Assembly: GCA_021734255.1 (NCBI GenBank)
Contig: JAIPJM010000003.1
Span: 61,517-125,516 of the forward strand
Length of the DNA: 64,000 nucleotides
Source: Fidelibacterota bacterium
GTDB lineage: Bacteria; Fidelibacterota; UBA8477; JABMPR01
Direction: 5' to 3'
The notes beneath the pieces are model-generated. The model did no database searches. It saw only the letters and a program-made list of their open reading frames with translations, and was not told where the DNA came from. The position numbers and the translations under genes are program-made. This document shows positions 1 to 7,469 of the stretch, piece by piece (within the stretch, counting starts at the first letter, position 1; the number at the start of each line of letters is the position of its first letter).

Positions 1-2047
1 CCTGGGCTTCGAAAACATGGTGAAAAACGATGTCATGGATCTCCCCCCACTTCCAGGATGTAAAATCTGAAGTCTCGAAGGTTTCTTCTAAATGACTCAT
101 GGCCGCGGTGAACGCTTCCAGCATCAGATCATCCCGGGTTTCTACTTTGTCTGTATCCACTTTGTCAAACCAGGGATTCTCATTGTCCTCCATCATCAGC
201 AACCAGCGGTTGGTGGCGATATACCAGGTGCTCAAATATTCTTCAGCCAACTCAGGTCCCAGATCATCTGTCAGGATCAACCGCAAAAAGGTATCCAGGG
301 TCTGTCGATAGATGGACCCTTCGAAGCCATCTGCGTCCAGTACCTGATCCCAGTTTGATAAGGCTGTTTTGACCCCCACATGCTCCTGGGGGATCACAGG
401 GAGTAGATGTTCCAGTACAAGGGGTACCAGGTAGGATTGCTGGTCCTGCTGGATACGACCCATATCTGCAGCTGTTAATTTTTCTTTGGACTTGATCAGG
501 TCACGGATCCTTTTGGTCCTGAATTCAGGGGCATACTCTCCCGGCATAGGATAGGGATAATCAGCCCCGTGAGGCTCAGCGTTGGCAGTGACGATCATGC
601 CACCATCAGGGTTATATAGATGCGGCAGATCCTCAAAAGGGATATATCCCGACCAGTCATATTCACCTGTATGACCGGGAACAGGAAAGAGACCAGAGCC
701 ACTTTTTCGGATGGGGACCTTACCGGCCCCATAGTAGCCAATATTTCCTTCAACATCAGCATAGACAAAATTCTGGGGTGCTGTGGAGAAATGTGATAGG
801 GCCACTGTGAATTCACCCCAGTCACTGGCATGGTTCACTCGGTAAAGTGCTTCGATCTCACCAAAAAAATGATGTCCGGTCCAGGCTAAAGCCAGAACCT
901 CATCCTCATCCTTGATCAGCGGACCATGAATGGATTTCCGGATCTCGAATTCTTCGTATCTGAACCCATTCTCAGCGTCATCATCTTTGATCCTGAGAGC
1001 CTCAGGAATGATCTCGAAGTCCAGCCATTGCTCCTGATAGAGGTATTGGTAGGGATCATCTGGGTTCACCTCCTCGATGAACAGATCCTGGACATCCGGT
1101 CCCATATTGGTGAGGCCCCAGGCGATGTTCCTGTTGTGGCCAATGAGGCAGGCTGGTAGACCGGGGAAGAAACCACCCGCTACGTCCAAACCGGGTGCAT
1201 TCAATTGTGCGAAATACCAGGGCCCGGGCAGGCTGGAACCATGAAGATGGGGATCGCTGCAAAGCATGGGTTTTCCTGAGGTCGTCCTTTCGCCAGAGAC
1301 GACCCAGTTATTGCTCCCGCCGTTCGTGCCAAGGAGTTCTCGGAGTTGTTTGGACTGTGACAAGAGTGCCATATCACCCTGGGCATTCCCACCGAATTCG
1401 TCCATGATCTTGATATGTTCAGGTGCATAGTAGGGAAATAATTCTGCCGTTCGTTCCGCACCCAGCTTTTCATTCAACTGCCTATAGATGAGCTCTGAAT
1501 CATAGTTATAGGAAAGTTGCCAACTCTGCAGTTTGGCGATAGCCAGAATATCGCCCACATCCCAGGCTGCAGGGACATGTCCTAATAGTCTGAATTCAAT
1601 GGGAAGATCAGGATCTGAGATAAGATAGCTATTGATACCGTCGATAAAGTGGCTGAGCATGGCCTGAACCGATTGAGGCAATTCATCAGCGATCGCCGCT
1701 GGATCTTTGGGTCTCAGCATGATCTTTTTCAAAAACTTATCTGCACCGACCATGCTTTCACCAAGGATCTCGCTCAGACTGCCATTGCCTGCAGCTCTGA
1801 GAAACTCCATCTGAAAGAGTCGGTCTTGACTCATAGCATAACCCAATGCGAAGTAGGCATCAGTTTCGCTGGATGCAAAGATGTGCGGGATCCCGGAATC
1901 GTCTCTCAGGATCTCAACTTCGCCCTCCAGCCCAGAAACCCTTACTTCACCTGAGTGGTGTGGTATACCTACATGCAGGAAATGATTGATATAAACACCT
2001 GCGAGCAGGAGCACAAACACGATAGCTATGAATATTTTCTTCCCCAT
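1..2047 (-). CDS. Penicillin amidase/acylase family (Ntn-hydrolase S45) protein, 3' end beyond window. N-terminal signal/TM MGKKIFIAIVFVLLLAGVY. Could be an AHL acylase.
   Basis: Own minus-strand translation is continuous from ATG (revcomp at 2045-2047) to window start. Motifs LPIEFRLLGHVPAAWDVGDILAIAKL and the beta-subunit N-terminal nucleophile SNNWVVSG are typical of the penicillin acylase/PvdQ family. Absent from ORF track because it runs off the edge. Confidence 0.8.
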   Translation of the reverse strand, partial: MGKKIFIAIVFVLLLAGVYINHFLHVGIPHHSGEVRVSGLEGEVEILRDDSGIPHIFASSETDAYFALGYAMSQDRLFQMEFLRAAGNGSLSEILGESMVGADKFLKKIMLRPKDPAAIADELPQSVQAMLSHFIDGINSYLISDPDLPIEFRLLGHVPAAWDVGDILAIAKLQSWQLSYNYDSELIYRQLNEKLGAERTAELFPYYAPEHIKIMDEFGGNAQGDMALLSQSKQLRELLGTNGGSNNWVVSGERTTSGKPMLCSDPHLHGSSLPGPWYFAQLNAPGLDVAGGFFPGLPACLIGHNRNIAWGLTNMGPDVQDLFIEEVNPDDPYQYLYQEQWLDFEIIPEALRIKDDDAENGFRYEEFEIRKSIHGPLIKDEDEVLALAWTGHHFFGEIEALYRVNHASDWGEFTVALSHFSTAPQNFVYADVEGNIGYYGAGKVPIRKSGSGLFPVPGHTGEYDWSGYIPFEDLPHLYNPDGGMIVTANAEPHGADYPYPMPGEYAPEFRTKRIRDLIKSKEKLTAADMGRIQQDQQSYLVPLVLEHLLPVIPQEHVGVKTALSNWDQVLDADGFEGSIYRQTLDTFLRLILTDDLGPELAEEYLSTWYIATNRWLLMMEDNENPWFDKVDTDKVETRDDLMLEAFTAAMSHLEETFETSDFTSWKWGEIHDIVFHHVFEAQ

Positions 2048-2123
2048 TACTCCCCTCTTTCCTCTGACTGTGTGGACTATAGCTTAGCAAAAGGAACTCT
2101 CTTTGGAAACAATTATTTCCTTT

Positions 2124-2273
2124 TGTCATTCTGGGCGTCAACGAAGAATCTTGATCTGGATTTCGGAGTAAACCTTACACGTCTTCGCGAGCCCTTAGGG
2201 CGTGGCGATCTCGAATTATCCCTAATTGGCAAAGACAATATTATTGGGTATTTTTCCTCACTTCAGGATGGTC
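2124..2273. repeat. MITE-like/REP-like repeat copy A (about 150 bp): ttgtcattctgg...tttcggagtaaaccttacacgtcttcgcgagccc-hairpin...cttcaggatggtc
   Basis: Shares 70-80% identity over about 100 bp with copy B at 3406-3646. Terminal inverted-repeat-like ends tgtcattctg / caggatgac. Lies immediately 3' of the glpD-like gene. Confidence 0.5.
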
Positions 2274-3372
2274 TTCGCGACCTTTTCAGCCAATGAAAGG
2301 TAGGTGGTCAGTTTTCCGCCAAAAATATGGATCAATTTGCTCTCACCCTTTTGATGGACATCCAGCTTATACTCCCTGCTCACATCTGACATATTTCCTT
2401 TTTTTCGAACCAGGGGCCGAACACCAATGTAAATATCCCTGACATCCTCACGCTGGAATTGGTGATCCGTTTTCAGATAAACATTCACCTGGTCCAACAG
2501 ATATTGGATATCTGCTTCCGCAGCCTCCACCTCATCCATCTCACAATTTTCCTCGCGCTCTGTTGTCCCCAGGATCGTCTGATCATTTTCAGGTTCCGGA
2601 ATGATAAAGAAGATTCGCTTTTCCCTGGTCTGCATGAACATGAGGTTGGGAACCATAACGCCATCGAAGATCAGGTGGATACCACTCACTTTCCGGATCT
2701 GATACCTGGCTGGGAAATGATATGCTTCGTTCACCTCATCCATCCAGGGACCGGTTGCATTGATGAGCAGGGGAGCCTGAAATTCTCCTGCAGCAGAATG
2801 CACAACAAAACCAGATCGATCCCAATCTATTGATTCGATATCGTCATGAACGATGATCGTCCCCCCAAATTCCTGAAAATCATCTGCAACCCGGCGGGTC
2901 AACTCCCGATCGTGGGTTTTTGCATCCACATAGGAGAGGACTGAGCGCAAGCCATTCTCTGAAAAAGCCGGGAATCGCTCCAAAAAGGCTTCCATGCTTT
3001 CCTTCCGTGATCTTCCAGCTGACCTGGAGCCTGAGAGGATATCATACATCCACAAACCAATACGGATCATCCAACCGGGACGGGGGCTGCTTTTATAGAT
3101 GGGAAGTATGAATCTTTCGTAGTGCACCAGGTCGGGATACTTCTCCACCAGGCGTTGCCGATCATGGAGAGCCTCATAGACCAGGTGGATCTGAGCGGTT
3201 TCCAGATAGCGGAGACCACCATGAATGAGTCGTGAAGATTTGGAGGACGTTCCGCTCCCTACGCCATTTTTGTCCAGCAGTAGTACCTGTTTGCCTTGGC
3301 GGGCAAGATTCTCTGCCACACCACAGCCATTGATACCGGCGCCAAGTACGATGACGTCATAGGATTGCATAG
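2258..3372 (-). CDS. FAD-dependent glycerol-3-phosphate dehydrogenase-like oxidoreductase (GlpA/GlpD family, short form)
   Basis: N-terminal Rossmann motif SYDVIVLGAGINGCGVAENLARQG and GlpD-like motifs (SSKSSRLIHGGLRYLE). The start is moved to MQSYD, because the longer ORF (to 3439) would read through the MITE-like repeat. Confidence 0.75.
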
Positions 3373-3405
3373 TTAAAGATAACCCAAATAAACACTCCAG
3401 AGAAT

Positions 3406-3646
3406 TGTCATTCTGAGTTTTATAACTGGGAAATGTCATCCTGAATCCTTCGACTAAGCTCAGGATAAACGCAGGATATTGAACCTGATTTCGAAGTAAG
3501 CCCTACACGTCTTCGCGATCCCGACAGGCATGTCGGGAGAAGCGATCTCCACTTGATCCCAATTGCCAAGATTATGTATGATTCAGCATCTTAAATTCTG
3601 AGATTGTCCGCCTACGCTTTGTCCTTCGACAGGCTCAGGATGACAG
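3406..3646. repeat. MITE-like repeat copy B (composite, about 240 bp) with internal direct repeat ccttcgacNNNgctcaggat and terminal inverted repeats tgtcatyctga / tcaggatgaca
   Basis: Alignable to copy A (tgatttcgaagtaagccctacacgtcttcgcgatccc + hairpin cccgacaggcatgtcggg + aattgccaagatta). Sits in the 5' region of the glpD-like gene. Confidence 0.5.
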
Positions 3647-3703
3647 CTTCGGCGGGGTGGGCCGTTGAATGACTAAAAGCCCTACCATGATACCGTCACA
3701 CTG

Positions 3704-5107
3704 CTATTTGAACAGAGGCCACCACAGGAGTGCCAGGAGCAGTAGTGATCCAATGGACATGATAGCCATCTTCCAGCCCGCTCGCAGGAAGTCAGGTGCC
3801 CTGACCAACCCGCTGGAATAAATAATGGTACAGGCAGGTGCGGCTACGGCTGTAAAATATCCAAAGGCTGAAGAAATGACGGAAGCCAGACCCAGAAGGA
3901 TGGGATCTCCACCTAAATTCAGTACGATGGGACCGACAACGGCAACGGTTGCTGAACTGCTCAGCAAATTTGAGAACACGCCGCTTAAGCCCACTGAGAC
4001 CACGGCCCGCAGTGCGTCTATATTGGGAATGATCCCACTCAACAGATTCACACTCCCCTCGGCCAGCCAGGCTGCGCCTCCTGTGTTTTTCATCTGAACA
4101 CCAATGGAGATGGTCGCTCCAAAGAGCAGAATTACTCCCCAGTTCACATTCTGCCGAATGTCCTCCCACGAGACCAGATCAAACGCGATGAACAGAAAAA
4201 CCCCCATGAGCGCTATGGTTCCGATCCCATACCTTTCGCTCAGGGTTATCCAACTGGTGAGGATGCCCAGAAAAAGCAGCATGGAAAATATCTCTTTCCT
4301 GGAGATCTTCCCGGCGCGGGCAACATTCACGGAGAGTTTACGAACGGCTGTGTCTAATATTTTTAATTCAGGCGGGAAGGTCTTCAGAATAATGAGGATG
4401 GTGATCGGTATCTCGATCAAAACCATGGGATATACCATCTTCATCCACTCCAGGTAACTCATTGTCCCAGACCCGAATTCTGCCCAATAATTCAGCATGA
4501 TAACATTACGGCCACCACCACTGGGAGTACCAATGGAACCAATGGTGGCGCCATAGGCGATGGAAAACAGCAGAGCCGCAACAAGGTTTGTGTCTGCCTT
4601 GCCCTTTTTATTGGTAAAACGAATGAGTGTGAGCGCTACGGGAAGCATCATGGCTGTGACCATGTGGGGTCCAACAAAACTGGATAAAAGTGCTGAGATG
4701 GCCGTAAATCCTGCGGCAATTCGCCAGGTCCGATTACCGGTGAGACGAATGATCCCCAGCGCGAGGCGCTTATCTAATCCCTGGCTGATAATGGCCACAG
4801 CCAACATGAGAGATCCCATGATAAAGAAGACCGCATCATTCATAAAGTAAGCGCCGACTTCATTGGGTGTGCTCCCACCGATAATTACCTGCCAGAACAG
4901 TAGTTGCAGGGCGATGGCTGGTAGCGGAATGGGTTCTTTCAGGATAAGGATCAGCGTCATCAGGATGATGATCAGGATGTGGTACCCAGCATCGCTCAAG
5001 CCTTCAGGAGCTGGGACGAATAGGTAGAGGATCCCTCCCAAAGCGAATGCGACCAGAAGCCAACGCTTCTGTTGGATCCAAAAAAGCGTATTCGTTGATA
5101 TGTGCAA
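3704..5107 (-). CDS. IT-superfamily anion permease (SLC13/DASS-like; ArsB/NhaD/CitMHS superfamily), paralog 1
   Basis: 467 aa, multi-TM throughout. About 65% identical to paralog 2 at 6038-7438, with shared blocks FMNDAVFFIMGSLMLAVAI, SQGLDKRLALGII, GTPSGGGRNVIM, SSSATVAVVGPIVL. Confidence 0.7.
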   Translation of the reverse strand: MHISTNTLFWIQQKRWLLVAFALGGILYLFVPAPEGLSDAGYHILIIILMTLILILKEPIPLPAIALQLLFWQVIIGGSTPNEVGAYFMNDAVFFIMGSLMLAVAIISQGLDKRLALGIIRLTGNRTWRIAAGFTAISALLSSFVGPHMVTAMMLPVALTLIRFTNKKGKADTNLVAALLFSIAYGATIGSIGTPSGGGRNVIMLNYWAEFGSGTMSYLEWMKMVYPMVLIEIPITILIILKTFPPELKILDTAVRKLSVNVARAGKISRKEIFSMLLFLGILTSWITLSERYGIGTIALMGVFLFIAFDLVSWEDIRQNVNWGVILLFGATISIGVQMKNTGGAAWLAEGSVNLLSGIIPNIDALRAVVSVGLSGVFSNLLSSSATVAVVGPIVLNLGGDPILLGLASVISSAFGYFTAVAAPACTIIYSSGLVRAPDFLRAGWKMAIMSIGSLLLLALLWWPLFK

Positions 5108-5120
5108 AGTAGGGCGCTTC

Positions 5121-6056
5121 TTAGCGGACGATCAGAATCGGGACATCCGTTTGCTTTAAGGTCTGAATGGGCTTACTTCCAAAAAGAAATTGTTTAAGCG
5201 GATTTAAGGTAGAGGCACCCATAATGACAATGTGATTATCACCGGCGAATTCTACGAAGGTTCGGACCGGGTCACCTGTGAGAAAAAATTGCTCCACATC
5301 AATTCCCCTGGAATCAAAGTAGGCTTTGGCCATGTCCGCAGCGCCCTGGTAACCAGCGCCAAACCGGCTGGTCTTGGAAACGGTCAGGGTTCTCACCGGC
5401 CATCCCAATTTTTCGGCGATCAGAGCTCCCCATTCAACAGATTTTGCTGTGGCTGTGGAATCGTCAACCAGCAGAAGGAGTTTATATTTTTTCCGGGGAT
5501 TGAATTTTTGCAAAACAAAAATTGAGCCTGGCAGGTATTGGATAAGGGAGTGAGCCAGATTCCGTTTGTTTTGACTCCCACCAATGATAGCAAGATCATA
5601 TTTTTCCAATTGCATCTCTTTACGCAACTCACCGACCAGTTCTCCTTCGCGCAAAACGAGCTCAATTTTCTTCCCTTCAACATCTGGCATGAAAACCCGG
5701 ATCCTGCCATCCTCTTCATAGACGTGATCTGGGTTGAACTGGATCTTCGCCAAAGCTTCGTTCTCGGGATTCAATTTCTTCAACTCCTTGAGTGCCCATT
5801 GCAACACTTCAAGACCAGGATGAATGATATTCCAGTCTGTCAGATTCTGGCGCGTCAGATTGACTGAGCTTCCATGAAACTCACTGGCTTTCTTGCCGAC
5901 GTAGGCTACACCCATGCTGGCATCAAATACAGAGGCAATGAGTGACCCAAATGTAAGCGTCGGTTTGGAGTACTTCTCACTGCTGACTGCCGTTAGAAAC
6001 TTGAGTGGTTTGGTGTCGATCTTTTCTCGTTTTTTCGTCATAATAGTGGCCACCAT
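5121..6056 (-). CDS. Universal stress protein, tandem UspA domains. Likely true start MTKKREK at 6041 with ATGA overlap onto the upstream permease stop.
   Basis: Two Usp-like halves (ILVDDSTATAKSVEWGA...; DVPILIVR C-terminus). Located between the two permease paralogs. Confidence 0.75.
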   Translation of the reverse strand: MVATIMTKKREKIDTKPLKFLTAVSSEKYSKPTLTFGSLIASVFDASMGVAYVGKKASEFHGSSVNLTRQNLTDWNIIHPGLEVLQWALKELKKLNPENEALAKIQFNPDHVYEEDGRIRVFMPDVEGKKIELVLREGELVGELRKEMQLEKYDLAIIGGSQNKRNLAHSLIQYLPGSIFVLQKFNPRKKYKLLLLVDDSTATAKSVEWGALIAEKLGWPVRTLTVSKTSRFGAGYQGAADMAKAYFDSRGIDVEQFFLTGDPVRTFVEFAGDNHIVIMGASTLNPLKQFLFGSKPIQTLKQTDVPILIVR

Positions 6057-7438
6057 AATAAGGATAATGCAAGTAGGCTAACAATAGATAAAACAGCCAT
6101 TTTCCAGCCCGCTCGTAAAAAATCTTTCGATCGCACAAGACCGCTGGAGTAGATAATAGTACAGGCTGGCGCAGCGACGGCAGTAAAATAGCCAAAGGCG
6201 GAGGCGATGGCGGTGGTGAAGCCAATGAGAATCGGGTCGCCCCCCAGGTCCAGCACGATGGGCCCCACTACAGCAACTGTAGCAGAACTGCTGAGAACAT
6301 TTGACATCACACCAGTAAGCAAGACTGAGACACTCCCCTGCAAGACCGCCGGACTTTCAATAATTTGACTGAGGTTAACGATTATGGTCTTGGCTACCCA
6401 TTGGGCGGCACCCGATTGATTCATCTGAATACCAATGGAAATAGCGGCACCAAAGAGGAGAATGACCCCCCAATTCGTCCGCTGATTCAGTTCACTCCAG
6501 TCAACCAAACCGAAAGCAAGATATAGGAAGACACCGATCAGAGCGATCACACCCAGACCAACATCTTCACTGAGGAAAACCCAGCCCAGGAACACCAGGC
6601 CAAAGAGGAACAGAGCCAGCCATTCCTTCCCTTTGATCTTGCCAGCATGGGCAACATCCACCACTAACTTTCGTACAGCGCTGTCCAGAATGTCGTATTC
6701 AGGTTTGAAGGTCCAGAGCAGAATGATGACTGTAAATGGGATCTGAAAAAGAACCATGGGATACACATATTTTATCCATTCCAGATAGGAGACAGTACCC
6801 ACACCAAATTCTGACCAATAATTCATCATGATCACATTCCGTCCACCACCAGAGGGGGTACCAATAGAGCCTATCGTGGCACCATAGGCGATGGAAAAGA
6901 GCAGGGCCGCTGTCAAGCCGGCAACTTTTCTGGGGTCTTTATGGGCATAGCGGACCAGGGTAAGACCAACGGGCATCATCATGGCGGTTACTGTATGTTC
7001 ACCAATAAATGAAGACAGAATCGCAGATATGGCGGTAAACCCAACGACGATTCGCCAGGTCTTATGGCCGGTGATCTTGATGATCCCCAGGGCCAGACGC
7101 TTATCCAGTCCCTGACTGACGATGGCTACCGCCAGCATGAGGGATCCCATGATGAAGAAAACGGCATCATTCATAAATGAAGACGCCACATTATTGGCGG
7201 TATCCACTCCCAAAACCACTTGCATGAAGATCATGAGCATGGCGATGGCTGGAAGGGGTAATGGCTCTGTAATGATCAGGATCAGAGCCATGGATATGAT
7301 GATCAGGGTATCGTAGGCCGCCATGGTCAAATCGGCAGGAGGTGTGATGAAAGTATGCATGACAAGGCCATACAAAAGGGCGATGAGCAGCCACTTTTTC
7401 TGACGTATCCAGAACAGGATATCGATATACATACTCAA
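6038..7438 (-). CDS. IT-superfamily anion permease (SLC13/DASS-like), paralog 2
   Basis: 466 aa. Close paralog of 3704-5107. Immediately downstream (minus strand) of the molybdoenzyme gene. Confidence 0.7.
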   Translation of the reverse strand: MSMYIDILFWIRQKKWLLIALLYGLVMHTFITPPADLTMAAYDTLIIISMALILIITEPLPLPAIAMLMIFMQVVLGVDTANNVASSFMNDAVFFIMGSLMLAVAIVSQGLDKRLALGIIKITGHKTWRIVVGFTAISAILSSFIGEHTVTAMMMPVGLTLVRYAHKDPRKVAGLTAALLFSIAYGATIGSIGTPSGGGRNVIMMNYWSEFGVGTVSYLEWIKYVYPMVLFQIPFTVIILLWTFKPEYDILDSAVRKLVVDVAHAGKIKGKEWLALFLFGLVFLGWVFLSEDVGLGVIALIGVFLYLAFGLVDWSELNQRTNWGVILLFGAAISIGIQMNQSGAAQWVAKTIIVNLSQIIESPAVLQGSVSVLLTGVMSNVLSSSATVAVVGPIVLDLGGDPILIGFTTAIASAFGYFTAVAAPACTIIYSSGLVRSKDFLRAGWKMAVLSIVSLLALSLLWWPLL

Positions 7439-7469
7439 CTCACTCCACTGGCCGGTTCAATGAAAGTTG

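Noticed and set aside
92-2296. Cluster of short ORFs on both strands at the left edge (for example 92-358, 595-831, 926-1159, 1649-1954)
   Set aside because: They are out-of-frame or antisense fragments of the long edge-truncated penicillin-acylase gene. Own translation of the minus strand is continuous from 2047 to 1.
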